Positions 1-13,162 of a DNA stretch of 64,000 bases are shown one piece after another. The number at the start of each line of letters is the position of its first letter. Positions within the stretch are counted from its first letter, which is position 1. Made by a program: the position numbers and the translations under genes. The notes below the pieces were generated by a model that made no database searches, had not been told where the DNA came from, and was given only the letters and a program-made list of their open reading frames with translations. This DNA comes from Rhizodiscina lignyota. Lineage: Eukaryota. Where the stretch lies: assembly GCA_010015805.1 (NCBI GenBank), contig ML978132.1, positions 1 to 64,000 on the forward strand, in the 5' to 3' direction.

Positions 1-600
1 CTCTCGAACCTTCAGGCGGCTACATCTTTAGTAACACTCAGATCCAGTACCATGAGACGTTGCTATCCTTTACTAGGCGCCTATATGTTAGTAGATGGGA
101 GCCGACTGCGGCTCGAGTACTGCGAGAGGTTAATTGTAACTGTTCTAATCAGGAGAAACTCACCAAACGTGGCATGGCCTGTTCACCAGACGGTCCAGGC
201 CACAGATATCTGAAGACGATAGTTGGCAAAACTGTTTTAAGGATATAATCAACAACACAACACTTTATTGATGCCCTCCAGAACGCGGGAAGTTGAACTC
301 TCATGTCTTAAAAGGCCTGAAGGTAACTGATCCGAACGACAGCAGCGAATCCTGCTATCATGACTGCAAAAACGATGGTTTTCAGCATTTCAACTCGCAG
401 GACAGAGTATACGATATGCTCACTCGCATCCTATCTCCTTGCTCTTTGATAATCAGTCGCAACTGCTCTCTTGCAGCCTCAACGGTTATTGGCCCTCACC
501 AACCATCATTTCCTCTCTTCTTTCATCTAAGTCGAATCAAAATGGGCTCACTCAAGTCCAGAACCTCATACGCAGTAGACTCTGTCTACAATCTACTAAG

Positions 601-2031
601 CTATGGGCTCCCCAAGTACTTTCCAAACCCCTCGGGTCCTTTCAACATATCCACCTCCTCTGGCATGACGGACACCAGCACTTCCGCTGCCCCATCCGGC
701 AATTTGGGCATAATGCAGTTGGAAGGTTCATCTGGATACCTATATCTGACCAATGGTCCAAATGACTTTCCCCAGTCCTGATTGTACAACTCGCTGCTCG
801 TCCAGTCTGTGCCCATCGCCACGCCTGTCGTCGAATATGAGTCCAGGAATCCCCAGTCAACCCAGCGCTCCTTTGTCTCAGCTATGCAACTAGTCACAAG
901 AGCAGGATTCACAGCTGTGATGGCCTGACGAACAGCTCTTGCAGCACACCGGAGCCCGAAGGGTGAGAAGAGAGTCTCGAGGTCAAGCGAGGCAGTCAGC
1001 TGATAGACGACGTTACCAATATATGATGTTGGTATATCGAGGTCGCGGCGCGCATCTGAGGGCATGAAAAGGCAGCCTTCTGTAGAGGCCACGAGAGCTC
1101 GAGCTTCTCTGGAACGTCGGCTCCGGATGAGAAGCAAAGTACGCCACATAAGAGCGCTGAGAGCATCATGCGTAGAAATCGGCGGCGCTTCCGGAGTCGT
1201 TGAATCTACTTTGAGCTGGGTCAGACCCACAGTGGGGATGTGCAGGATGACTGGGATCTCTGGTGATGTGGCCTTAAACGCATGGCTCGTTGCTTGTTCT
1301 TCCGGCAGTGGGTCTACTGCATCAGTCGCCTTCCGCATATACGCCGGATGTTGTTCTATGTTGAACGATAGTTTACTGCTTAAGCTGCGAACAGCCGTGC
1401 GATCCATGCCAATGTCAGAAGTCACAGTGACTGATCGACACTCATTTCCGACGCCTGGACTCTCATGACCCTGCGCACGGCGGGTCTCCTCGCTCAGGAT
1501 GCGAAACAATTCATTGTTGCCAGAGCCGTCGCCCACACAGTGCGACATAGCCCATGTGAGGATCGTCCCACCGTTGATGGAGCTGAACTGCACTTTACAA
1601 GCAGCGAACGGGCGGTCATTGCCAATATCCTGAGGAACAGGTACGAGGAGATTGTAAGGAAGTTGTGTAGATGGAAAGTCTGCCGCCTTTAGTTCCTCAA
1701 AGGAAGGAATTGATGATCGCAGGTCTCTCACGACAAGCTCGACGCCTTTATCAGGAATTATGGTTCGCCAGTCTCCACGGTCATTGCTGGCCCCATCAGG
1801 TGGGTCTTCGTCTTGCAGGGGCATACATATGCCACCAAGGATAGGACAGCGCAAAACAAGAGCTCTCAGGCCAATCTTGAGGGCGGTGAGTTGAGCATCG
1901 CGCTGTACTGAGGAGGCACAGCGGAAAAGAAGGAGCCTGCGGCTGTAATGTACCGGATGACGCGCGTCGAGGGCCGACAGGTCTAGATGGAACGAAGGTC
2001 CCGAGATGAAAACATTTTCGTCGAAGCCCAT
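601..2031 (-). CDS. Transferase-family (Tri101/BAHD-like) acyltransferase, intronless, 476 aa
   Basis: HxxxD catalytic motif (SHCVGDGSG); FAACKVQFSSINGG segment; C-terminal DWG variant of DFGWG (NQDWGKSFG); YIGN motif. Confidence 0.85.
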   Translation of the reverse strand: MGFDENVFISGPSFHLDLSALDARHPVHYSRRLLLFRCASSVQRDAQLTALKIGLRALVLRCPILGGICMPLQDEDPPDGASNDRGDWRTIIPDKGVELVVRDLRSSIPSFEELKAADFPSTQLPYNLLVPVPQDIGNDRPFAACKVQFSSINGGTILTWAMSHCVGDGSGNNELFRILSEETRRAQGHESPGVGNECRSVTVTSDIGMDRTAVRSLSSKLSFNIEQHPAYMRKATDAVDPLPEEQATSHAFKATSPEIPVILHIPTVGLTQLKVDSTTPEAPPISTHDALSALMWRTLLLIRSRRSREARALVASTEGCLFMPSDARRDLDIPTSYIGNVVYQLTASLDLETLFSPFGLRCAARAVRQAITAVNPALVTSCIAETKERWVDWGFLDSYSTTGVAMGTDWTSSELYNQDWGKSFGPLVRYRYPDEPSNCIMPKLPDGAAEVLVSVMPEEVDMLKGPEGFGKYLGSP

Positions 2032-3066
2032 AATTTCAATCGATTTCTACTGTAACCGGAACAAAGATGATTATGGCCAAATGGTACACGCTCTTTGGTG
2101 CGGATGAAAGAACTTCAAGAGAATACGTCTCTTTCGCTACCAATAGTACATCGAAGGTCACAGTGGCAAACTTAGGATCGAAATTTAGTTCAGAGAACGA
2201 AAGTAAGGCCTAAGCGATCAAAAGTAGAGGAATGAGATTGGTATTTGGATAAGTTTGAGTTGGAGCCGGAACAAACGCTTTAGTAGCTGTCTCGTTCCAT
2301 CAATGGCTCTGTATTGGTTGACCAAACTGCATCTGCACGCCTGGTGTATTGTTCATGTTCAAACGGCAAAATAACTAGACAGAGGAATGGGAAAGGAAAC
2401 GGGGAGGCGAGGCTTCGGTTTCGTCTTCGTCCCAACCGGCTGGGAGACAAAACTTGCCCAAAACGGAGTATACATTTTTCCGAATCCCGATCTAGAAAGT
2501 CGAGTGGCAGGGGTGGAGACGAACTTTGTGGTGCAGGTAGAGATGCAAATAATCAAGGCAAAGCATGAATACCATTTCCGTTGTTTTAAAAATATTTGTG
2601 TGGATATATTGGTCGAAGCAAGGCTGTGCACTCACTAGAGCAGTCCCCGCTGGACCAGAAGTTACAGGTAAAGGCTACGATACGATGCAGAAGTGGCTTT
2701 ATTGACTGAGGTAAATACCTATGGACACTTGAGCGGGAAAACACTAGGGGAGGCAATGACCATCCTCATCAGTGTTTTCTTTTCAAGTCTATTCAAAAAA
2801 GCCAGTAGCTAACGTCGAGTGAACCAGATTGGTGTGATGTGAGATACACATCTCTCATATTGTACAAGATCTGCTGGATTCTGCTCCTGTCGGGAGCATA
2901 TGCGGTTCCAGTTGTCGTAACAGGGCGAGAGGTGGATTGGTGCTGCGCGAAGACTAGGACTGAGGGTAGGAGAAGCCCGGCGCGCTAGAATGAAAGACTG
3001 GCCTAACCCTATCTCTTGGTGACCTCGCCCTGTCTCTTCGCCATGGCGACTCCTCGTCGTCTTTGC

Positions 3067-4593
3067 TCATCTTCTCGTATCTTTCATCTTCCGGTACCTC
3101 GTCTTCTCCTTCTCCTGTCGATCCCTCTGCTTCAGCCTCTCAGACTTCTCCAGTGGGTCAATCACGACCAACTCCTCCTCGTTCTTCCGCTTCCACTCAA
3201 GATCCTTGCCGAGTCGATCCTTCGCAAATGTCAGCTTGTGAGACATCCAGCCCTTGTCCGTATCGTCTTCATCGACGCCGTTGTCTTGTTTATCCCACTT
3301 CGTGCACGACTGGCAATTCGCTATGAAATGGAGATCGCACAAGGCGGCTTCTTCATCGTCATCCATTGCCTTGGAATCTGCGCCATCATGAAACTTCTCG
3401 CTCCTTTTTGCGTCATTTGGTGCCCGAGAAGCAGCTTGAGCGGCGTCAAGCTTTGCTTGAAATTTTTGTAAATCCTGAAGGCCTTTATCCAGCCGTGACT
3501 CCCTTCGAAGATTTTCTGGACCACTTTGTCGGCCGGCATGCCTCTTGCGGCCCTTTGTCGCCGTGGGAGGGATGAAATGGTCGAGGTTGACCTCGGCCAC
3601 AGTCTTTGGTTTCCCGCTTGTGGTAGCCGCATTTGGGCCCTTGCGTTTCATTGACGCCTTGAGCTTGGCAATTTCTTCATTCGTCTGACGGATGGCAGCT
3701 TTTGAGGTAAGCACTTGTTCTTGGTCGGAGGGCTCTGAAGGTGAAGGAGATGACGACTTCTCTTGAATGGGGTATTTGTCAGTATCTTTCCATTCAGTAG
3801 GTCGGGACTTTGCTGGTGGCTCGTCTGGTAGCGGCTCGTCTGGCGAAGGCTCCTTCGGCGGTGGGACCCAGGGCGCATGCTCTTTCTTAGCTTCAGTGAT
3901 AGCCTTTTGACTGACCTTCCGTTTCTTGGCATACGGCACTTCTTCTTCTTCCTCCTCCTCATCAGCGAAGCTGAGAAAGGCTCTTCCTGCCCGGCGCTTG
4001 GGCTTCTTCTTCCCAAGTTTCACACTAGCCTCTTGCGCAAGCGCAATGCTACGCTTGACAAGGTCGTCGAAAGGGTTGAGGACAACAGCAGTGCCAGTGA
4101 TCTTTGTAGGGTACTGCGGTCTCTCCGTGCCCTCTACGAGCTCCGCCTCGGCCATCTTCACGAGATTGTAGATTGTCTGTCCCTCGATGCGCCCAAACAT
4201 TGTGTTCTTCCCATTGAGCTCTGGCGTCTCTCCTAGCGTCAGGAAAAACTGACTACCGTTGTCGTCCTTCTTCCCCGAATTCGCCATGCCCAGCAGGCCC
4301 CTACGATTGAACTTCAGGCGGGAGTGGAACTCGTCTGCGAAGGGCGCTCCATTCTCGAGGCTGCTCTCGCCACCTGTGCCTGTACCGGTGGGGTCTCCAC
4401 CTTGGATGATGAAGCCCGGCACGAGGCGGTGGAAGATGGTGTTGTCGTAGTAGCCATCGAGACATAGCTGGAGGAAGTTGCGTGAGGCCAGCGGAGTCTG
4501 CTTCGCGAAGAGCTCGAGTCTGATCTCACCTACGGTAGTATAAAGTACCACCTCGGCCGTAGGCTGCGGCTCCAGTGCCTGGAAGCCACTCAT
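3067..4593 (-). CDS. CWC27: Spliceosomal cyclophilin-type peptidyl-prolyl isomerase Cwc27
   Basis: N-terminal cyclophilin domain (LEPQPTAEVVLYTTVG, FHRLVPGFIIQGGDPTGTG, FADEFHSRLKFNRRG); C-terminal LCDLHFIANCQSC and GWMSHKLTFAKDRLGKDL motifs. 3' end may be frameshifted (see findings). Confidence 0.95.
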   Translation of the reverse strand: MSGFQALEPQPTAEVVLYTTVGEIRLELFAKQTPLASRNFLQLCLDGYYDNTIFHRLVPGFIIQGGDPTGTGTGGESSLENGAPFADEFHSRLKFNRRGLLGMANSGKKDDNGSQFFLTLGETPELNGKNTMFGRIEGQTIYNLVKMAEAELVEGTERPQYPTKITGTAVVLNPFDDLVKRSIALAQEASVKLGKKKPKRRAGRAFLSFADEEEEEEEVPYAKKRKVSQKAITEAKKEHAPWVPPPKEPSPDEPLPDEPPAKSRPTEWKDTDKYPIQEKSSSPSPSEPSDQEQVLTSKAAIRQTNEEIAKLKASMKRKGPNAATTSGKPKTVAEVNLDHFIPPTATKGRKRHAGRQSGPENLRRESRLDKGLQDLQKFQAKLDAAQAASRAPNDAKRSEKFHDGADSKAMDDDEEAALCDLHFIANCQSCTKWDKQDNGVDEDDTDKGWMSHKLTFAKDRLGKDLEWKRKNEEELVVIDPLEKSERLKQRDRQEKEKTRYRKMKDTRR

Positions 4594-4970
4594 TTTGTGG
4601 CCGAAGAGGTACGGGGAGTTTTGTTTCTGCGGTGTTGTGAGTTGTAGAAGTTGAAGGTGGAAGTGCAGGTTTCTTTAGTTTGTTCGTGTGATGTTCGCGC
4701 GTGGGCGTTTGCAGGCACGTGTTTGGGCGCGCGCCGACGTCACTTGCCAAAAATAAGTAATGCTGGCCTCTGCGACCTCCAAGGTGCCGTCTGCCTAAAC
4801 TCCACTTATTCCATCAGAATAGAAGTCTGGAGTGGCTTATTCGTCTCTCTGATCTTCTATTAACCTCTGTCTGCCTTCATTCATGCGCATGGCTACATAA
4901 CTATTGTGGTGGCAAGCTCTGAACCCTTTGATCCTCGAATCCGAAAAATCACACCCCTCCGTCGCCTACA

Positions 4971-7075
4971 ATGCTGCCATATATCAACGTCCGTATGTTG
5001 GCATTGAACACGTCTCGAGTCCGGCAGAGATTCTAATTTATTTAATAGCATTTGAGTACGTGGGAGGCCGCATCGGCGCCTCTGTCGATGAGCGTAAGCG
5101 CCCTAGACGCCCGTTCAACCTTAGTAGTGCAATATGGCTGAAATCTGTTCATAGTAAAACTCATCTTCTCCTTCCTTATTTCATATCCTTTGGCGGCTGT
5201 TCTGAAGCGAATACCGGATTCAAAGCCTTGGCAGAAGAATGTCTTCACAATATCGTAGGTACTCTTACTCTGGAAGTTTGCACCCTAAACTGAGTTGCTC
5301 AGCGTCTCCCTCTTCTACTTACTTGGCCTGTTTAACCTCGGAACTGGCTTGATCGTCCTCTTAATCAACGCGATCGGGGCCTATGCCATCGCTTTCTACA
5401 TTGATGGCCCTTTCATGCCATGGATTGCCTTCGTCTTCCTCATGGGCTATATGTCGGTTAGCCACATCTACAGACAGATTGTAGAAGATCCGAGCGTGGT
5501 TGATATTACGGGTATGTCTACTACCACTTGACTCCTTTCCAAATGCTAAGTATCGTATGCAGGCGCACAGATGGTGATGATCATGAGAGTAAGGATTCTG
5601 CTCTGGTATCCATGGCAGCTTGCACTGACAGAACATAGCTAACGGCCTTCTGCTGGAACGTACATGATGGCCAGCTTCCAGAGAGTGATTTGTCCGATTT
5701 CCAAAAAGACCGAGCAATCAGACAACTGCCCTCTCTCCTGGACTACTTCGGATATGTTGTATGTCTCCTAATTCCTGACCACGCTTCCGTCTCACTTACG
5801 GCGACAGTTCTTCTTCCCGTCCTTACTTATCGGGCCAGCATTCGACTATGTCGATTATGAGCGGTACATTACTACGACGATGTTCAATTTGCCTCCTGGC
5901 GTTGATCCATCTAAGGCCCCCCCGACTCGAAAGAAGCGGAGAATACCTCGCAGCGGACGACCCGCTGGCCTGAAAGCTGCGACCGGAATAGGCTGGATCC
6001 TTCTATTCCTTAACCTATCTGGATACTACTATCCGGATTACCTCCTCAGTCCTGAGTACATGACGCATGGCTTCTTCCGGCGTGTGTGGCTTCTACATAT
6101 GGTTGGCGTCGTGACACGTATGAAGTACTATGGCGTCTGGACGCTCACGGAGGGCGCGTGTATTCTATCAGGTATTGGCTACAAAGGCGTTGATCCTGTG
6201 ACTGGGAAAGCGAGCTGGGACAGACTGCAGAATGTGAAGCCGTTCGCCATCGAGCTTGCCCAAAATACCCACGCATATTTGGGTAACTGGAACATCAACA
6301 CGAACCACTGGCTCAGGAACTACGTGTATCTCCGCGTGACTGCGAAAGGTAAAAAACCTGGATTCCGAGCTAGTATGGCTACGTTCATAACAAGCGCATT
6401 CTGGCATGGCTTCTACCCTGGATACTATCTCACATTCGTGCTTGCCAGCTTCAATCAGTACATTGCGAAGAGTACGTTAAACCCATATCTCCTGATTCTT
6501 CTCTTACATACTAAACAAGCTCTCCAACAGATGCCCGCCGCCTCTTCCGCCCCTTCTTCATCGAGGTGCCTTCACCTACCGCAGCACCGCCTACACCAGG
6601 CACAAAACCCAAAGAACAGGGCACCAAATACAAAATCTACTACGATATTGCGACATGGTTTATCACTCAAGCCGCCTTCTCCTTTACTGTCGCACCCTTC
6701 ATTCTGCTCACCTTCTCCGCCAGCATGACCGTCTGGGTACGCGTGTACTGCTACTGCATCATCGGCGTTATCGCGAGCGTTGCATTCCTATTTTCACCAG
6801 GAAAGGCGTACGTCGTCAAGCAGCTCAAGCGGAGAACGGGCACAGACAAGAGGCCAGAGATTGCACGACAGGAGAGCGCAAGGGCCGGAACTACTCTGGG
6901 CCTGCCGGATGACCCGGAGCAAGAGTTGCAGGAGATTGTAGCAGAAGTAAAGAAAGAGATCGAGAGCAGGCGCCAGAGAGGGATGAGTGTGGATTTGGAT
7001 GTCAAGAAGGTGGTTCAGGAGAAGCTAGATGCTCTAAGGAACCGGAAAGCTGATGATGAAAAGAAGGAGCTGTAA
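4971..7075 (+). CDS. ALE1: MBOAT lysophospholipid acyltransferase, multi-exon
   Basis: ATG at 4971 (MLPYINVP) followed by a GTATGT donor; exons encode DITGAQMVMIM, WNINTNHWLRNYVYLR and SAFWHGFYPGYYLTF; ends KKEL-stop (ER-retention-like). Confidence 0.93.
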
Positions 7076-8284
7076 GTGTGTAAACGTAATGCAGAAGTGC
7101 CTTTGACCCTGGGCTTGTATGAGGGGTATGGGTAGAGGCGATGTAGAAAAGATTGGGTTCAGCCGCAGTATATCCTAAGAAGAAGAATTCCTAATGAAGA
7201 GATGTACAATCTGCGCTTTGCCATGCAATTTCGTGGTCTCTACGCAAATAGGGTGGCTGGTTTGTGCGACCCTCTGCTGTCGGAGACGGCCAAGTCATAA
7301 GGAACAAAGGTCTCGATACTGCTTCGAACTCTGTGTGGGGAGAAACGCATGTCCACTCCGCAAGTGATATGTCCTTGGTTGGTACAAGCTACGATTCGTT
7401 GATGGAAAATCTACAGGACATCATACGTCCGGAAAACAAGTATCCCGCCCCACTTCTCTGTCCAGAATGCGGCGTACTTTAAACGAGGTAGACCGTTGTA
7501 TAGCTAAGGATGCCTTTTGATCATATACTGATGAGGTCTATAGGTAAACGGAATGCTTCGAGCTTGCAGGAACCTTTTGGGGACTACACCATGGAAAGCC
7601 TCTCCCGGTCAAACGAAAATACGACCCAACATTGCGCTTTGGTGTCGCAATTGCGTTGAGTCAGAGATATCCACGCTCGGAAACGATGCCTTGCTGTATT
7701 CGTCTTGAGATTAGCGTTCGCAGGAAATGGTTTCAGTTCGATAAGCCTTTACTTCGAAGTAAAATCCGTTGATTTCGGAATGTCGCGGGTGCTTGAGGCA
7801 ACGGATACCGCAATCACGTGGGTTCAAGGGGATCGATGGCGATTCTAAGTGCATGTAATCCAGTATTCTCATTAGCCCCCAACGACTCTTAGCATTATAA
7901 AACGATTCTCTCTCACATGGTTAGCCTTTTGCGGAAAATGTTCGCTCCTCTGAGCGAAATTGATCTTCTGTGGTGTTCGCGATGTCGGCGCTGCGCAGCC
8001 TTAGATGGACCAAGTCACAAAATGACACATGCGAAGGAAAAAATAGGAGGGGGCGGACCTATTAAGTCGATGTAGATAAGAGTCGACTCCTCTTCTCAAC
8101 CGAACAAATCCCGCAGTTGATGAGTTCGGTACTGGGTCTCCTTTGAACCAGCGCATAGTTGCCACCCCGCACACCATAAATTCGTCCAAATTCCCCAGCC
8201 AATTTCTCTGCCTTCCATCTCTTCTCATTTCTATTGAGCTTTCATCAATAATCCATCAAGCATCCATCATTGCACCCCCTCGAA

Positions 8285-9260
8285 ATGGCACCAATACCCA
8301 ATGACAAGATTTCTGTCATCGATCCAGCCACGACCAGCGCGGGTGGACGGCCCAATGCGCCTTCGCCGATTGCTAAAGGCGGTGCCAAGATGTCCGCGAA
8401 AGGTTTCACCATATACGGTGAGACGCGTGAGGATCCTCATGAGCTGGAAGAATTGATGTTTCCGCATAAGGTCGAGGGGTATGGTTGCCAGCGAGATGCG
8501 ATGCAGCGACTCCGGCAGAAGGGGAGCCCTTGGTGGCTCGCATCGCAGTTGGCACACTATGGCTTCGAATGCAGCCTCGAATGGGACGACAAAAGACTGC
8601 TGGCAGCACTGAAGAGTGCAGTCAAGCATGGACAAGTATGTCGTAGATGTCTCCAAGGCGGAGGCTATAGAGGTTTAGCACATGCCCACTGATACATATC
8701 CATAGTGCAAAGTCGTCCCCGACCGGCTCCAACAGCTTGAAAAGGACTTGAGGAAAGAGTTTGAACCGGCAAAGCAGGAGTACGACGCAAAGATGGCGGC
8801 ATGGGAGAAGAGGCGTGCAGAAGAGTTCCGGAAGATGAAGGATCCCGTTATGGAAGCGAGCTACGACGCCAATCGTTTTATCAAGAAGTATCTGTTCCCA
8901 CCGAACATTAGGCAGCGCACAGAGGCCATTGCTCTCCCGGGCTTCAAGAACAAGGAGGTCCTGGTTGACGTCGCCAACGAGATTCCGGGGCTATGGGCAT
9001 TGACCTGCGGCAAAGGCGGCGACATCCTCATCATCGGATGGAAGCGCGGCGAAGTTGAAGTCGTCCAAAAACTGTTCAACGACTCGGCCCATCTCCAGAG
9101 CGAGGAATTCCGGGAGTACTACCTGGCTCGAATCCGTTTCGGTGGAGAGAGCGTCCGCGACATAATGAAGACATTCCTCCGCGGCCGGATGAACGAGCAG
9201 GAACGCGAGGCCACTACGACCCTTCTGGAACTAAAAGTGCAGTTTCCATATTTTGGATGA
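8285..9260 (+). CDS. Uncharacterised fungal protein, one intron (~8636-8705), possibly C-terminally truncated
   Basis: Two consecutive ORFs with coding-like codon usage joined by GTATGT...CTGAT...ATAG; motifs WLASQLAHYG and ILIIGW. No function recognised. Confidence 0.6.
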
Positions 9261-10627
9261 TCCCCCGAAAAGCAAAGTCGTCTGCACTTGCAGACGGTCG
9301 CTTCCTCCCGTCCAACTTCTGTGAGTAGATCTTGGAAATTTGATAAGGGACTGTCTAACTTATAAGAGTTGTCATGGGATGGTCCATTTAGCTTGTTGAA
9401 GCGCATGTGCATTCGGTTGAGGTATACGCAATCGGGACGACGGCGGACAAATGTGAACGTGAAGTCAATATTTGAGGCCACTGGAACCCACATTTCTCCC
9501 TTCTTTCAATCCCCCCATCGGCTGATGGGCCAGGCTGACTCCGTGGCACGCAATCTGAGTTGCGTAAGCTCCACCCTGTTCTCTCATAAGGATGAAGGTC
9601 TCCCAACATCTTCAACTTAGAGAATGTACGGGCGTCCAAAAGAGGAGGCATTCTGAAAACCTGCAACAGGCCAGAGTAATCGGCATTAATTCACTGGTCA
9701 GAACCGATCTTCCAGAATGTTCTGGGTTGTCCGAAAATGCGATGGAAGCTCCAAGACCACCTAACCAGTCAGACAGAATCAAGCCACGAGTATAAGATAT
9801 GTCGATATTGTCAAATGGAAGGAAAGGCGCCTCTGACGTACGGCTAACTCGAATCAAAGCCACATCGAGCGGACACCCCGCATTCACGGTTGAGGATAGA
9901 TTGAAGAAGCGTTGAATGAGAGAGTGGGGATGGGAGGTTTGACTCTTCTGAAGAATTTCCTTTGTAGTAAACTCCGCTCAGACCAATTCGATTTCACATA
10001 ACACTGCTCTTGATTCTCGACTCCACTATTCATCATTTCAGTTGTATCAACATCATTTTGCATCTCGGAAGTGGACAGCAGTTGAAGGCAAGCAGGGTTT
10101 GGCGGCCGAAGTGAAGTCTCCCAATCCCGGCCCGACTTGCCTTGCTTACTACACCACCAAGCCAATCACGGCCCTCACGTGACCGACATCGGGCCGATTG
10201 CTGAGCCGGGGTGAGCCGTGTGGGCTGGGCTTGCTCAGCAACAGGGACGGCAAGGGCAGGCACGCGGCAGCTGAGCAAGACAAACTTTGCCGCCTGCCAC
10301 GACGCCGCTGCACCCAACACTCATCACCCAGCGCAACACCTCGTTGCGCCCCTTCACTTGCGCAGAACAGCCCCAGAACTCATCATGAAATCTCTGAAAA
10401 GTCGATAGACTGACTCGGCTGATACTGCGCTACAACATACTCATTTTTCATGACTTTTCAGGCCGGTGACGCGACCGAAACGGCGGCATCTCTCTCGCCA
10501 GCTGTCGTTTTACCTCCCCGCGACCGTGAGTGTTGGGCACCCACCCAGCCTTCTGCGTGCAGCCAGCACCCCAACGCCCCGCCCAGGCAGGCCTCTCACC
10601 GCCTAACACGCTGCACAACTTCTAAAC

Positions 10628-12797
10628 ATGGCGTCACGAACTGCTAATCGCGCCGTGCGGCAACGAAAGCTTTCTACGAAAGTCAACCTGCACATCTATC
10701 GCGAGGGCGAGATCGAGCTACTCGCAGACGATGAAAGCCGCTACAAGGTCGAGACTGGCGTGGAAAAGGGCGAGGAGATTGTGAGTAACCTGTTCTTGCT
10801 TTTTGCCCCTTGTTTCACCCTATTCCCCAGCCCCCTTCTTTTCCCTCGTTTTTCTTGCGAGTCGCGCCATTGTGGCGTAACGCGATCACGTGACGAACCG
10901 TCTCACCACCCTCGACAACGAGATGCCCATACAAGAGCTAATAAGTAATTAGGAACATCACTTGCAAAAAATCATCAACTCCGCGCAAGACAATGCCGCA
11001 TCTAGCAAAGCATACATCCCGACGCGTGAGACAGTTGAGAGTGATCTTCAATATGACCTCTACTACCCACAGCGCTTTGCCCAGCCCGCGACATATATTC
11101 GCTTTTCGTCGACAGTGGAGGATTGCATGGGCACCCCGTATTGTATGAACGAGGATGATGAAGGTTTTCTCAAGGCTCTTAATTCGAGGAAGCCAAAATC
11201 TCCGCAATGCTCCGAGGACCAGTTTGAAGAGGTGATGAGCTTCTTGGAGGAGACTGCGTCGACGAAACAGCCTTATGTGGGTGTCGGCGAAAGCCAGCCA
11301 CTGTCTCTCGAGGAATTGGAGACGTCCCGAGATGATACTGTCTCAGACGCCGCCTGGCGTTTCGCGCAGGACATCTACGAGCACTGGAAGATGCAGCGGA
11401 TAAAGCGTGACAACCAACCGCTGATGCCGACGCTGAAGTTCGAGAGGAATGCCGATACCGACGAGTCAGATCCGTATGTGTGCTTCCGTCGCCGTGAAAT
11501 CCGACAAGTGCGCAAGACTCGTGGACGCGACGCGCAGGTGAACGAAAAGCTGAAGAGACTGCGCATGGAGCTGGAATCAGCTCGACAGCTCCTGCACTTT
11601 GTCAAGCAGCGCGAGATTGGCAGAAGAGACCAGCTGGCAGCTGATCGCGCCATCTTTGAGCATCGTAGCAAGTTCAAGGAAATCAAGAGACATCTCGGCA
11701 ACAAGGAGGGCGATGAAGATCTGATCAACCAAAAGGTAACAAAACTTACCGGCGTTTCCCAAACAAAGCTAACTTCAGTGCAGCCATCTCCAAGGCCGAG
11801 ACCCATCTTGCCGCCAGCGTTACGTGGCCTGCCCCCTGGTGCACAAGTGCCCGGCCGCCCAGTGCGAACAGATAGTCTTGCTGTCAGAGCATCTGATGCC
11901 GACTATGTTCAACTGGGGCACATTCGTAGCTCGATGGCGGATAGCATAAAAAGCTTCGTCGCCGACAACATGCACAAGCACGCCGCCTGGAACAAAGGCT
12001 GGGTCGACGCAACCTGGCGGCCAATCACTCCTCCGCTCGATTCTCCAGATGATGAGTCGGACCTGGACCCTCTTGGTACGGAACTCCGAGGGTGGAAACC
12101 CATAGACCCTGCATCAGGTTCTGGTGTAGGCGTGCAAGGCTCAGCCTCGCTTCCCACACCACCTGCCAGCGTTGCTTCGCCCCTCGCGGACGACGATGGT
12201 AAGATGGATAAGAGTGACGCGCCGGCGCACAATACACGTAGTCGCAACCCAAGCGTGCTTGACAACTCGCTGACGTTGAGCTTTGCATCGCCTGAAGCAG
12301 ACTCGCTCAGCAGCCCTGAACCTATTCGTCCTGTCTTCCGCCAGCGCCATGGTCGGGGCGGACGTCTGCTCATAGACCGTCGGGCTCCGAAGCGAACGCA
12401 CTTTCAAGCCTTTCCGGAACCCTCTCCGCTCAACATGTCTCATCCCGCTCTGTCACTCCATCCGTACAATCTTCGCGGCGGCAGCAAGCAAAGCGACGAT
12501 GGCTCTGACAGTGGCATCGACATGACTGATCCGTATCACACAACCGTGTCTGAGCTGCGTCGTCTCGATCGCTTCGCATTCGACAATGATGACGATGATG
12601 AAGAGGATGAGGACCACCGCATGAAGGTATTCATCACAGATCCGTACGAGAACATGAATATCAGGTACCGGATGATGTGGGCGCGTAGCTCGGAGGAGCA
12701 GCGACAGGCCCAGGCCCAGTTGGCGGCGCAGAGAGCCAGGATGTCGATTGGGGCACAAGGAGCCGCGCAGAGCCAAGCAGTCAGGGCGGGGGCGTGA
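10628..12797 (+). CDS. EPL1: Enhancer of polycomb-like subunit of the NuA4 histone acetyltransferase complex
   Basis: VRQRKLS, VETGVEKGEE|EHHLQ, YIRFSSTVEDC, DPYVCFRRREIRQVRKTRGRD. Introns 10781-10952 and an in-frame 48-nt intron 11736-11783. Confidence 0.95.
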
Positions 12798-13162
12798 GAG
12801 GTTGCCGTGTTGGATTCATTTTCTCATTTGCGTAATATCATCGCGGTCGTGGTTACGATTGAAGTCGCTTGTTGTATGATGTGTGGGATTCTCTTCTCAT
12901 ACCCTCTTCTTCATACCCTTTGGAAACGAATGTTTAGGTGGAGGCCCGGGTTCTGTTGGGCGATAGAGGGATTAGAAAGCGGGCGAGTTGTGAATTCCGT
13001 GGCTCTGACGATTGGGAGGCTTTCGTATGAGCAAATTTAGCGACCATCAGTGGCGTCCATGTAAAATAGCAAAAGCCAATTGATAAAAACCAAGAAATAT
13101 CGAGGTATTTCCTTGAATATCCCTAGCTCTTATCTGTTCCCATGTGAGTGGAGCACATCATT

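Noticed and set aside
7525..7560. CTGATGAG resembling a hammerhead ribozyme core
   Set aside because: No stem II followed by GAAA and no flanking helices; fits a chance match or a branch-point-like CTGAT..TAG.
9388..10060. Possible small multi-exon gene on the minus strand, divergent from EPL1
   Set aside because: Short ORFs with some splice-like signals, but I could not build a consistent model or recognise a domain.
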